Source: Callorhinchus milii | Taxonomy: Eukaryota | Length of the DNA: 64,000 nt | Direction: 5' to 3' | Assembly (NCBI RefSeq): GCF_018977255.1 | Contig: NW_024704743.1 | Location: 45,324,001-45,388,000, forward strand | Shown here: positions 11,305 through 24,005 of the stretch, in pieces | How positions within the stretch are numbered: position 1 is the stretch's first letter | Layout of the letters: the number at the start of each line of letters is the position of its first letter | Notes under the pieces: model-generated | Database searches by the model: none | What the model was told of the DNA's origin: nothing | Seen by the model: the letters and a program-made list of their open reading frames with translations, nothing else | Translations under genes and position numbers: made by a program

Positions 11305-13531
11305 ACTCTACATAATAATAAGAATCCTTGAATTTGATATAGTGACTGTCATGCTAGGAACACATCTCAAAGAGCTTCACAGAATCAACTGTAATGTGTA
11401 ATGACTGTATTTTGTAAACCTTCGGTTCCATATCAACACCTAAAACTTTTCACAAACAAAAGCACCCCTCGTCTCCTTTCAGTCATTTCTTACTTGAACA
11501 TATTTAATTGTAGATTAATATGGATATGTGTGTTTGCGGTGTGCTTTTAGGCGTGAAAGATCTAACCAACTTCAACAATATCTATTTGGTTTCTCCATGA
11601 TATCTCTGTCTTTTCACACAATTATTTCATTATCTAAGCAACAATTAATATCATAGACACAATACTCCAAAAAGGTGAAAAATTCCTATGTGACTCACTC
11701 GGGAAAGAGAGGCACATTCAAAAATGATCAGAGCACCAACGAAATAAAGATGCAGAGGTTTTCAAAAAGCTACTGCTTGAGAAGTTATACTCAATACTTT
11801 CATTAGCTAAATAGATTCGCTACTATGTGGAATGGATTGTACATATCAGCAGGCCATCAGGACAAAGTGTTTCAGTACACTGCAGGATAGTCCGTAAAGA
11901 GTGGGAAGCTGCCAGCGTTTACTTGTCTTTGGTTAACAAAATTCTCTGTGAGCAGATACCAAAATGAAGGATAGACAAATTACCAGCAGATAATGACTAA
12001 GTGCTGATTTTTGGGTTACTGTATACATCTGGAATTTAACTAAACAGGTAAAAGGTGCTGTCTGGCTCATTAAAAGATGGGATTTGTTCACTTTGCTTCA
12101 ACAGTCTTGCAGTTTGTCAGTTGCAACCCAAATATTCTAGTCCTATTTGAATATTTAAAGAATATAAGTATAGTGTCTAAGAAAGTGAATATATTCATTG
12201 CTTTAATATATCTTAATCCATTCCAAATGCACGGAAATTTTTAGCTAAGAACTATCTCTGCTAAATTGATTGATCTTTTAGTTTATGATGCTGTATAGCC
12301 TGCAACAAAACCGCTTGCTGTGCTTTTTCAATTGAATCCACTGCTATTGGTGAAAAAAAATCAATGGTTCCTTAATTTAGAAAGACTAAAGCAGAATGCT
12401 GCTGCATCAGGAGACATGTTTCCCTGCCATCAACCCGGAGCGCATAAGGAAGATCTGAAAATTGAAGCAGAGATTATTATTGTGCTTCAACATTGGGGTC
12501 AAAAAAGCAGTGGTTTGGAATGGGATTCACTAAGAGTGATTCAGCCGCTAGAAGCGAGTCCTGACAGGTGTCAGATTTATGTCTCTGCTGATTCCCAAGA
12601 ACCTTGTGATTTACTCTCGACACTCAGGGGTGGGGAACCCACGAGGCAACTGTGAGCTACCTCTGGTCTCAGTTATCAGCAGAATTCCTCATCGGCGTCT
12701 GTCAGTCACTGTTGTTAATACCGCGGCAAACTGCTGCCTTTTCAACTTCAGTGAAGCATTTTGAGTGTCCACCTGATGTGAAAGTTGCTATATCAATTTA
12801 AATTGCATTGAATTATGTTGAATCTGGAATTTCTAGATTTGCAACAAACCTGCTGAAATTCACTTTTTATAATATTAGCACATCCAAATGGAGTTTTTAC
12901 TCGCTAAACTACAGAATTGCCACAAACTGTTTCCATCAATATGCCTGACGTTTAAGAAAATAAATAAGACAAAGAACGATTCTTGAAATCACTGATCAAA
13001 CATGTTTTGTACAAAAATAATTGGTTTAGTATTCACTGCATGAAGTGACTCCTTCAGAATTAACAAAATAAAAGCTCCCAGCAATACTGTACTCTCCAAT
13101 CGATGGGCTCTATGCTTAGCCTGTGAAATGAATAAATTACTGTATGGGAAACTAGCTCTGGGGAAGAAAGTCTTCTTTCTTCTGATCAACAAAGTGGCCT
13201 AATTAACATTGATGGTAAAGTGCTCAATGGGGGCTGGGAATCGTGACAAGCCAAGACGATTGCTATTCCTGACCTCTACCAAATTCAGTTTGTTCTCGAG
13301 TCTGAAAGAGAAATACAGCAGGCAGAAAATCATGTTTTTCTTAAACATTTGGGGTTTGGAGCAGTCGGGAATCATTCGCTGGGTTAGAAAGATCAGACGA
13401 GGAGATCTGTCCTGTTTAAAGCAGATCCTTAACGTAAGTTATATGACTTTTAAGTGATGATTCAAAGACTTCCTCTCCATTTGGGCTGTTATGCAGCATG
13501 GGAGAAGAATGTTTGTGACTGAGATCGATTC

Positions 13532-13935
13532 CAACAATAATAAAATGACATTTGTATAGCACCTTTCACTTTGGAAGGATGTTCTACATCCAAGCTGGGG
13601 GTTGGTATCAAGAGGGGTGGAGGGTAGGGGGATGGGAGTATGGCCCAAAGCACGATCAAAGAGGAAAGTCTGGCTTGTCCAGACGAATGTTAAAGATCTT
13701 ATGTCACAATTGGTAAAGAGAAGGGAGTTTCTCCCAGTGTCTGGCCAACAGTCGTCTGGATACATTGGTCATTCACCTCTTGGTGATTTGTGGGACATTG
13801 TTATTTGGAAATTGGCTGCCACATTTCGCTCACAAACAATTCAGTCAATTCACTTTACAGCATCTTCTGTGAAGCATTTTTAGATGTCTCAAACACATGA
13901 TAAGGCTCTATATTCACTGCAAGGTTTAATTATTA
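13532..13935. mobile_element. L2 family A tail (-, 13532-13670) abutting a Deu-type SINE fragment (+, 13675-13935)
   Basis: FLFDRALGH on the minus strand; gaatgttaaagatcttatgtcac...gggagtttctcccagtgtctggccaac on the plus strand. Confidence 0.7.
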
Positions 13936-14988
13936 TATTATTAAAAAATACACTGTCATTACAATTAATGCTGAATGACCGTCTCTCCACAACCTTCAAC
14001 TTCCTGGCTGCCCTGAAATCTAGGCTTGTGTCCAAACCCACTCGCTCCCCCGGTACAACAGTCATCTCCGCTGACTCAAAACACAAACCCAGATCCTCGA
14101 GCGCAGATGCCAGAAATCTGGCCTCAGGATTCACCCCCAGTTGTGGCTTGAGCACCTCCGCACCTACCACCTCTTCCTTTCACAAGCCAAAACTGACTTT
14201 TACTCCAAAGTAGAGTCTTGCAGTCTTCTCTCCCCCTGCTGGCCGACATGGTCAACCAGTCTCTCTCCTCAGGCCCTGTTCCACTCCTCCTGATAACCGT
14301 TGTCATCACACCCCTCCTCAAAAAACCCACCCTCGATCCATCTAATCTCTCACACTACCATACCATCTCCAACCTACCCTTCCTTGCCAAAGTCCTGGAA
14401 TGCACTGTTGCAGTTCAACTTCAGTCACACCTCTCACCTCCATTCCCTCCTCGAGCCCCTGCAGGCTGGTTTTCGCCCTGCCCACAGCACAGAGACAGCG
14501 CTTGTCAACGTCAAAAATTACATTCTCTCTATCTGTGGCCAGGGCTCCCTCTGCCTCCTCGTCCTCCTAGATCTCTCTGCCGCGTTCAACACAGTCAACC
14601 ACGCCATCGTCCTCCATCTACTCTCCTCCCTCATCCACTTCAGTGGGACCACACTCACATGGTTTGAGTCCTACTTAACCAACCACCTCCATTTCATCTC
14701 AGCAAATGGTTTCTCCTCCCACCCCCGCCTGTTCACCTGCGAGATATCCCAGGGCTCTATCGGTGGCCCTCTTCTTTTCCTTATCTATATGGTCCCTCTG
14801 GGAGATTTCATCCGCAGACACGGGGTAAACTTCCACATGTACGTGGATGTCACACAAATCCACTTTGCCTCTTCCAGTACCAACTCCAGGTCCACCGATG
14901 TTCTATCAGCTTGTCTGGCAAAACTCAAGGCCTGGATGAGTGTAAACTTTCTGCAGCTGAATATGGATAAGACGGAAGCCATACTACT

Positions 14989-16012
14989 TGTTAGAAAATA
15001 AAATCAGCCAAATCTGTAAGGAAATAACGCTAATTTCTCTAACCAGATATCAGACTGTTTTATTATTATTCGTTTGTTATTCCCCAATATCCCGATGGGT
15101 CAGACCAAAGGCCGGTACAATCAACAGATCTTATAACAGAATAATACCACTATAGATAACTCGAGTTCAAGAGTTCAACACTGTGTCTTTCCAGCACACA
15201 AACTTGATTCTTCATGCTTTCAGTCTTCTTGCTTACAGCTTTCAATCTTCCATCTGATATCCTCAGTCTTAGTGTTTCTAGCTCTCAGTCTTCCATCTCC
15301 CGTATCCTTGTCTCCGCAGCCCAGGATGGCTCCATCTCCCGGATCCTTGTCTCCGCGACCCGGGACGGCCCCATCTCCCGTATCCTTGTCTCCGCGACCC
15401 GGGACGGCCCCGTACACAAAGTTAACGGAACTCTTATACCAATGTTCATCCAATCATGGTGCGGACATTAGATCACGTGGTCGAAATCATGCTGGGTTCA
15501 CGTGAACACCTCATGGGGGGTACGTGCCTCAGCACACAAACACACTGTCCTTAATTGTCTAAGATAGAGGATTGATCAGTTTAGGGCTGTATCTGGTGCT
15601 CATTATTTTGTGGTGTGGGATCATTAGTACATTCCTTTTAAGTGACTGGTTATTTCTTATCAGTATCCCGGGATGGTACCAAGGTCCTCCAGTTTAAACA
15701 ACTTGCTCATTAGTTGCTATTCTTGAGGGTTGCCTTTTGTCGGTTGGCCCTGTCAGAATCTAGCGACTTATCGCTCAGTTGAGATCCTGTGTCGACCGGT
15801 ACCTTGGACCGTTACCTCTGTGGGCTTGTTGTCATTTACTGATAAGAGGTGACCCCCTGCCCCTGTCCGTTGTTCTTTCAAAAACAGAGAAAACCAGATG
15901 TGTCATGGTCATGACTGTCAGTCCAGTTGTCCCTCACACTTAACTTAAAAGTTAACCCGTTCGCAACATCTATTGTGATTCTAACATTATACAAAAAGTG
16001 TAAATTCTAACA
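14989..16012 (-). mobile_element. Solo LTR, 1,024 bp (Gypsy/ERV1-type signature)
   Basis: Termini TGTTAGAA...TTCTAACA (8-bp inverted repeat); 4-bp TSD TACT at 14985-14988 and 16013-16016; removal restores L2 codons A-I-L-L-G-S; minus-strand TATAAG near 15435 and AATAAA near 15060 suggest orientation. Confidence 0.9.
15293..15409. repeat. 3 x 39-bp tandem repeat inside the LTR
   Basis: ccatctcccgtatccttgtctccgcgacccgggacggcc; copies start at 15293, 15332 and 15371. Confidence 0.95.
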
Positions 16013-17329
16013 TACTTGGCTCCCGTCAACATCTTCACTCCTGCGGATCTAAACTCCTCAACATCCCTGAGCTCTTCCTCAGACTCACCGAATCAGTATG
16101 CAACCTCGGCATCCGGTTCGACCCCCAACTGTCCTTCCTCCCCCATATCCGGTCCCTGACCAGGACAACCTTCTACCTCTGCCACTTTGCCTGGCTCAAC
16201 CGTACCTTACCTCAAATGCAGCCAAAACCCTTGTGCATGCATTTGTCACCTCCCACTTGGATTATTCCAACGCACACTCACTGGTCTCCCCAGCTCCACC
16301 ATTCAAAAGATCCAGCTCATTCAAAACTCTGCCATCCGCATACTGACCGGAACTAAACTCCGTATCCACATCTCACCAGTTCTGGCCAGGCTCCATTGGC
16401 TCCCCATCACCAAACAGATCGACTTCAAGATCCTCACACTCGTATTCAAATCCATTCACTCCTTGGCACCTCCCTACCTCTCCGACCTCCTCACTCCCCA
16501 ATCCACCACCTGACACCATCGCTCGACTGGCACTGACCTCCTGATCGTCGGTCGCACCTTCTGCTCCACCATCGGAGGTCGTGCTTTCAGCCACTACGCT
16601 CCAAAATTCTGGAACACTCTCCCTCAATCCCTCCGACTTGCCCCCTCTCTCCCCTCTTGCAAGTCCTGCTTGAAAACCTTCCTCTTCGACCGCACTGACG
16701 GCCATCTCCCCCCTCCCCCCGGCTCGCAGTCAGCCTCCGCCACTGTTAAGCGCTCTGAGACACTGCCCTGCGTGGAGGGTGCTATATAAGTGCAAGTTGT
16801 TGTTGTTGTTAATAATAATTCCCATAAAATACTTAGATCTAGTTCAATGTTATAAGCTTTATAATCAAATGCAAGGATTATTATAATTATCTGTTATAGC
16901 GTGTTAACACTATACCAAAATGTCTCAAAGCGATCACACGGTGTGTTTGCATCTCATTCCTTTTGTGGGATGTTGCTGGCATAGATTAGCTGCCACATTT
17001 GCTCACATAACAGCAGTAACTGCACTTCAACTTGCCAATAACAGATTGAAAACCTTTTCTTGGGAGGATATAATGGCTTTGTAGTGTGCAGCTGATAGGT
17101 GCTGTAGTTAATAGCTTTCCTTGGCTGTACTACTGCTAGTTTTAAACTGCATTTTTAATTCAGTGAATACTGTATTGGACTAGAAAGTTGATTTTTTTTT
17201 GTCAGCCAGGTGTGTGTTTTTTGTCACCCATCACCATGCTTAAGAGTATCCAAATCATGCTGAGAGATCCATGCATCCTACATATGCATAAAAATTCCTG
17301 ATATATTTATTGGAATGGAATATGCACTC

Positions 17330-18640
17330 TCTCCCTGGAGAGATATCTTATCTGATTCTGATTCTGGAAAGTATTAGACGCAAGTTGGTGAGAGCCAAGG
17401 CTTGGGGACCCTGAAGCCCAGCATTGGAGTACTACTGGAATTTAACCAGCTAAAACTGCATAGCTTGCCATTGATATCACTGTCTATCAAGCTTTCTCAC
17501 TGCCTGTCCAGCTAGGACCACCCTACCCAAAGGGCTTTGGCTTACAGGGTTAAAGGAGTTGAGTTGGTAGAATTCCTGCCTCCAGTGACTGGTCTGTCCT
17601 TCTAGGTCCTGCCGATGAGCCAGGCTGGCTAGGCTGTTGTCAGCAGTGCCCTGGAATACTGAAGACCTGCCTGGCTCAGGAACTGGACAATTGAGACTGT
17701 CACAGAGAGTTGCATCGATTCTGACATTCTGTTGCCAACATGTCAGCTTGCAACCAGTTCAGCTCCAAGGAGGATAGTTAGTAGTTGGTCATTTGACATC
17801 CGATAAGTGTGAGTTTCAGCCCCCACTCGGTGGACACAGGTACCTGGAACTCCCTGTGGACAACACAGCTCAGTATGAAAATGTGAGAGCATTCCCACCA
17901 TCTTCCTGTCCGCAGCTCGGACACACATCTCTTCCCATTGAGCGATGGTTCCTCCGGTTGAGCTGGTATCATGATATCTGGCTGTCCTGTAAAGATCCTC
18001 CCAGCAAGCTGAAGGCAGATGTTCACCAGATAGCTGATGAGGAATCTCTGAGGGTTTGGGTGACAGTTACCTCACTGCAGACCAATCAGGGTGGATTCCA
18101 GGCGCTGGATGTATGAACATGTGTTCACAAACTCAGACTCCAGGCAATGCCTTCCAGCAGCTGTCACCCCAAGCTTCAGAGTGCCTTCATTCAGGAATCT
18201 AGCCTGTGATTCTTTCAAACACAGATTAGATAGTTTTCTTTTAGGAAAGAACATTATGGGATATAGTACAAAGGTAGTTTGGGACATATTTCCATGCGAC
18301 CACCAGGAAGGTGGAAGGTGAACTAGATGGACCTTGGTCATTTTTCGTCTAGAATTTCATATGTTCTTATGAGCTATCTGACAGATGCCTGCTTTCAGCG
18401 TGTGGGCGAACCTTTACAGGACAGCTTGTGATGTGTCAGCCATCTTGATGTTCTTGAGTCCAAGTCTAATATCGTGTACTAGGCTTACTCAGCACCAACT
18501 GCTCAATCCAGCTCCTCATTCGAGACATGTCTGCTGTGAAGCCTCCAGGGTGCTTAGTGACAGGTCAGTCTGGGTGATCACTGACCACAATCTAGGACTG
18601 CCAATAGCCCTGGACACTATTGCCAGGACTATTGGACATA
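17330..18640 (-). mobile_element. Decayed L1/Tx1-like ORF2 C-terminal fragment
   Basis: Minus-strand pieces LGLKNIK, QLAGRIF (cf. DLAWRIL), CPSCG (17909-17923) then frameshifted HIF..SC, resembling the L1/Tx1 CCHC zinc knuckle. Confidence 0.55.
18205..18371 (+). mobile_element. CR1 LINE 3' end inserted in the Tx1-like fragment
   Basis: FKHRLDSFLLGKNIMGY, followed by gatggacc...tatgttcttatg CR1-type terminus. Confidence 0.8.
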
Positions 18641-18662
18641 AATTACGACTCCTACTACTGCT

Positions 18663-19040
18663 AACAATTCTTGCATTTGATATATGATTTACCACTTCTT
18701 CGACAAGTCTCAAAGCACTTCAAAGAATATACTGTAAAATGGATTGACTGTATAGTTTGTGGGGGAAACGCGACAGCCAAGTTCGCACAGAGGTGTCCCA
18801 CAAACAGTTTGGGATTGAGTGACCAAATTATTATTTTTTAAAAAAAATATTTTGAAGAGATTAGTATCCCCGGAAAAGTGATCTACCAATTGACTAACAA
18901 CCAGGTTCCTTCTTACTGCTGGGTAAACAGAGGCATGTGGAGGAAGGAAACTTGCCTAAGGTGTCGCCCTGCCCAGGAATTGACCCCAGGTCCTCTTGCT
19001 TGCGAGGCGAGTGCTCTAGCCATTACTCTACAGGATTCCA
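18663..19040 (-). mobile_element. Full-length tRNA-derived SINE, long form
   Basis: Head, central insert and tail as at 8022-8389. Confidence 0.92.
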
Positions 19041-19274
19041 TCTTGTCCAATATATTGTTAGAATATTCCCACAATAAAATATTGCTTTGAACAGTTTTAA
19101 AGACGATAAATAATTCATGTTTGAAATCATTGAGCATCAATTATAAAAATAGCAGCAGACTCGATGATCAGCACCACATTGGATATCTTTGTGACAAAGG
19201 TGAAGTGTGGCTGCAACTCAATATATTTAGAGTCATTTAATTTACAATTCAGTTTGTCTTGCATACCATAGAGC

Positions 19275-19560
19275 TGGGAAGGTTAAAAGTTATATGATTG
19301 GGAAATTTAAAATAATAAAGGGAATTGACAAGATACAAGCAATTCCATCCTCTATTAAGGGAATCTAGAATAAGGTGAACATAATTATAAAACCAGAGCT
19401 AAACTGGTTAGAATTAAGATCAGAAAAGTTTCTTTGCAGAAAGGATTGTGAGAATGTGCCCCAGAAATTCACAGATGCAATATTAATTGAGACGTTGAGG
19501 AGGAAGGCAGACAGATACTTGGGATGTAAGGGTATTAAGGGAGATAGAGACTTTGATGGA
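19275..19560 (+). mobile_element. Old CR1 ORF2 3' fragment
   Basis: Decayed FKIIKGIDK...ESRIR.H...FFA.RIVRM...DRYLGCKGIKG. Confidence 0.65.
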
Positions 19561-21712
19561 AGGAATGGCGGGGGAGAAGGTGATTTTTTTTAATGCAAAA
19601 AGTAACATCAAGAAGTATGTTTGAATGAAAATTCAAACTAAGCATGCTTCCTCTGCCTCATGAAAGCTGTCAGCATAGCTATCGCTATGACTGGTGCTTT
19701 TAGGGATGAAAGTCACTAGATTCATAGGTCCCAGCACAAAGAAATGACACTCGTAACAAATATCAGCAACTCCTTTTTATGTAATGATATCTTTTGCTTT
19801 ATTTATATGGTTTATTATAGCATGTATTCCCATTAGTATTCAATAGAATACTGTGATTCGCCAGAGAACAGATTTGCTGAATATTCTGAATACTTTAATT
19901 TGCCTCAATAAGGAAACTTTGTCTTTGCCTCTGAATTGTAATGGAGTAGCACTGGGACAGTGTATATTTGAATGCTCATTTTAGATGTCCCAAGGGTAGA
20001 CGAAACCCATTTTCCTCTTTGTGGGTGCCTTTATACCAATGTACTTGACAAAATGCTGTTGAAAATGTGGCTTTACGAAGGCTCACTCTGGATTATTCTA
20101 GGCAGATAATTTGATTTACATCCTGCGGAAAAAGAAAGCAGATTAGGCATTGTAGTCGGTTCACAGGCTTCCAAATAACAGTGAGAAAGAAATCATTTGG
20201 GCCCAAGGGTATTCTGGCAGATCCTAGCATTTGGTAAGGCATTGGAAGATTTCCGGCACAGTGAGGCTGGAAGACAAAAGAACACTTAGTCCATTGCAGC
20301 TTCTCCAGTTCTTTTGTTTCCTCCTTAAGATCTGTGCAGAGAATATTCAGAACCATCCTGTTCTGTAATTTGCCTACAAAATTTACAGGCACTACATTTT
20401 ACAGTAAGATCCAGTGAAGTGCTCAAAAACATCTTCCTAATTTGAAAGGCGCTACATCAAACCAAAGATTATTAATTCTGCAAAGCTTCTAGTTTGAAAT
20501 AGTCATCAGGCCCCAGATTCATTCAACTTCATTCTAAGCCACTATTACGGGCCTCATGAACCTATTCCATACACTGCAGTGAGATTCCACTGTATTTTGC
20601 AGTGTTTTGACACATATTACTGACAATCTTGGCACTGTAAATCATCATGATCCATTAATTACTGCTGCAGCCAACTGCATTAGACAATTAAGTGTCAGAT
20701 TTTGCTAATGAAACTTCTCATTTGGTTTATAGTTTAAATTGTTATCACAAAGGATTTATGGTTAGACATTAATTTTTAAAAGCAAGCTGAACATTGCGAC
20801 ATCTTATTAGCATCTTTGTTGTTAAGCTCCAAGGTTTTCTGTGATGATTTAGTAAAAGCATATCAAAGGACCCTATATTATAATATTCTCCTTGAACGCC
20901 TGGAAATGCATTACAAATATATGAGCTATACATGGCATTAGCAATAACTATGTACATTTGTATAGTGCATTTCACTTAAAGGAACTTCTTGATGTGCTTT
21001 TCCTTAAAAACTGTGGGTGACCACGTGATTCTAATACATTGTACAGTATGTGATGAAAACTGTTCTTTGGGTACAGTGTGTATGTGATTATAACCATTCT
21101 CTTCCATTGCTTCACTACACAGTGAACGTTTTCAGTTAGAAGACTGGGAACACTTTCTGGTGTGAGATGCTGTTTTCTTGACAAATATTTTCTTAATGCA
21201 ATTATTTTGGGAGTGCATTCTATCACTAATTTTGGGAGTGCATTCTATCAGGAATTTTGTGACATCATAAATCTCTCACAGATTGATATGTAAATTCATT
21301 TATTCAGGAACTCCTTTCCAGAAAGCTTACAGCACAGTTGAAGGCCGTTACAGCCCATTATCCAATAAACACATCTGAAATTCACACATGTACACAGCAC
21401 ATTGTCCCTTGCATTTATCTGAATTATGGGGTAAAATTTGCAATGGGTTAAGAATGGGTAAAAATGGGTTAAGAAACATCACAAGTGTCACCTCTATATT
21501 ACTAAAGAGATGCTGTGATGTCAGTGTTCAGATAATCTCTAAGGCTTGCCTTTCTGATGTGTGTCACTCTCCTGTGCTCAATGGTGTGCACCCTTGTTCT
21601 TCCCTATTGGCAGTCTCTTCACCCTAACTTGCAAACTGAATATTTCTCATGGCAAAAACAAGGAGAAAAAAGCAAAAAGCCTTGCTGTGTTTAAGTCTGT
21701 ATATAGGTGCAA

Positions 21713-21890
21713 GCCTCCATCAAGGCATGTCTCAAGACCCTCCCCTTCAACCGTGCCTTCGGCCACCCTCCTACCCCCATTAGCCTCTATCCTCCCTGAC
21801 TCCAACCCCCCAGCTCAGGTCCAAATCCCTGACTGTCTAGCGCCTTGGGACGTACTCCCGACATGAAAGGCTCTATACAAATGTAATTTT
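21713..21890 (+). mobile_element. L2 family A 3' end
   Basis: ctcaagaccctccccttcaaccgtgcc...gcgccttgggacgtactcccgacatgaaaggc. Confidence 0.85.
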
Positions 21891-22193
21891 TTATTGAATT
21901 GTATTGTATTGATCTATGACCATATGTCATTCATAGGTTTTGCTCAATAGTTTTCAGTTTTACACCAGTATTATAAATGACTTTTTCTCACTAAGAAATT
22001 GATCTTCGATCACCTTGCCCCAAGCATAGAGCAAACTATCATTCCTGAGAATCCTGCAATTGTTTTTGAATCAAATTTAAACTTCCAGACCAAGCTGGAG
22101 CCTTTTTCTTAGCTGGTAGAAATTTTTATTACAGTGTGACTGGCTAAGGAATGAAGAGCATTTGTCCTTGTTAAGTGAAAGGTGGGAGGTCAG

Positions 22194-22432
22194 AAATTCC
22201 ACCTAGTCTAAGCTTATAAGACCATTTTGTATTTGCATTTTGTATTTGCATATTTAAAATTTTGCATTTTGTAGGATGGAACTGTAAAAATAAATCTTCA
22301 GTTCAATCATATTTTGGAAACTGGTTCTTTTTCAAAACTGCAGAATAAGAATTATATTAAGAATGTTCCACAATTCTGCTCAATCTTGAGTTTTAAAAAA
22401 ATGTTCCTACAGGCTAAAACTAGGTATAATTT
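22194..22432. mobile_element. Palindromic MITE-like element (most complete copy)
   Basis: Left aaattccacctagtctaagcttataagaccatttt pairs with right aaaatgttcctacaggctaaaactaggtataattt; homologous starts at 23801 and 50893. Confidence 0.7.
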
Positions 22433-22455
22433 GGACCTGAGGTTTTTGGACATTG

Positions 22456-22680
22456 ACAACAACAACAACAAGATTCCATTTATAAAGCGCCTTTCACGTC
22501 AGGAGGACGTCCCAAGGCGCTGCACAGTTGGGTCATGACCCGAGCAGGGGGGAAATGGTCAGGGTGAGGGGAGGGAGGGAGCGAGGAGGGGGGAAATGGT
22601 CAGGGTGAGGGGAGGGAAGGGAGGGAGCGAGGAGGGGGAAGAGAGTCGAGAGGGGAGCTGAAGGCTCGGTCAAAGAGAAG
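22456..22680 (-). mobile_element. Young L2 family A 3' end with an internal ~39-bp duplication
   Basis: Reverse complement near-identical to 4246-4428; ggggggaaatggtcagggtgaggggaggga occurs twice. Confidence 0.93.
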
Positions 22681-23800
22681 TGCAATTCTCTGTAAAATTT
22701 GTGCCTAAGTTTCTAAGTAAGAGTAAATACTCGAGGGTTGTGGTTGCAGAGGGATTCATTGTTCAGCATTACCTTCCAGTTCAACAGAATAACTTGCAAT
22801 GGCTCTGTAACGGTAGTACAGTAATCTGATCCAAAGAAGTATTAAGATACTTAGATGTACATTGGAAATTCTAATAGCAGAAAGAATTAATTGGCAGCAG
22901 GTCTTGTTGATCACACTTGTTTCTCTGGATTTATTTTTTAAGGATATTGTTTACGAGAGCCAAGAATTACCAGATTGCCTGACAATGCAAACTTGTCTCC
23001 TTATTTACTGCTTGTTTTACCTTCATTATTAAATGTGACGAGTGGAAACTGAAACACACAACTGTTGCTTCTACTTAGCTCATGGGTGGATCAGAAAGCA
23101 TGGAAATAGACAAAGCCAATTCAGCTCATCATGCCTACTTTTTTCCATGGACCTATTGAAAACTTATTCCAATCCTGCCACATTCGCCCATAAAATACAC
23201 AGTCACTCCATTTAACAGTATATCCTTTGAAGCGCTTTGAGACATCTTTCTGGGGTGAAAGGTGTTATACCAAATGTCAGATTATTATTATTGTTATTAA
23301 TAGTCCCTCACTCTCCTTGGGGATGTTCTGCACAGGCACTTCCCAGTCGTTTTAGTCAACCAAACAAAATTGGTATCACCCAAATTTCCCTTATTTAACC
23401 TTGGACACACTCCACAGGTGACGCTTTCCTTGCAATCAGGCTCCAATAGCCCAGAAACACCGTGTCCTTTGACAGTTTGCTCATCTCAGTTAGTGCCTTT
23501 ACCTTCAACTTCTAATATTATCCTTTGATAGGTACACAGGCAGTTAATTTTTGAAGGCATTAACAATCACATCAAAGTACTTTGCTAAGAGTCTGTTCCA
23601 TACCTGCACTACAGGCTAATGAGTCGTACATTTGTACACCGCCACTTCTTATACAATGCAGTTTACATTTATATAGCAGGACAACATCTTATAGTGTAAG
23701 GTTTATGAAGTCCAACATATTCTTAGGAACTAGCTTACATAGTTTTTAATGATCTTAAATACTTCAAGATTATTTATATACAGTGTAAATGGCAAGCCTA

Positions 23801-24005
23801 AAATTCTACCTAGTCTTAGCCTGTAAGAGTATTCAGTCTTAAAATTTGTAGAAAGCACTTCAATTCATTCTCAATGTGAAACCTCTTCTTTTGCAGAACT
23901 GCAGAGTACCAGCTTCCAAATTAAGCACTTCGAGGTGCTATCTTGCGTGAAAGGCGCTATATTAATGCAAGTTGTTGCTGTTGAAATTGAAGAATTTTAC
24001 ACACA
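23801..24005. mobile_element. Palindromic MITE-like copy interrupted by a short L2/SINE tail
   Basis: aaattctacctagtcttagcctgtaag...gcttccaaattaag, then tail gtgaaaggcgctatattaatgcaagttgttg, then aagaattttacaca. Confidence 0.55.

Larger units (their letters stand above)
13965..16810 (+). mobile_element. L2 LINE family B ORF2 remnant (reverse transcriptase), interrupted by a solo LTR
   Basis: LEPLQAGFRPAHSTETAL, LVLLDLSAAFNTVNH, SQGSIGGPLLFLIYM, FHMYVDVTQ (decayed YADD), LQLNMDKTEAILL; resumes after 16016 (HISPVLARLHWLPITKQIDFKIL); frameshifted; (TTG)n tail. Confidence 0.95.

Noticed and set aside
15293..15409. CRISPR-like array
   Set aside because: Direct tandem 39-mers without spacers, inside an LTR, in a eukaryotic context.
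20093..20392. Minus-strand ORF with an acceptor-like site before DLKEETKELEKLQW
   Set aside because: No convincing donor and no recognisable family.
21204..21250. 25-bp-period direct duplication (similar ones near 5405 and 32818)
   Set aside because: Ordinary local slippage duplications.
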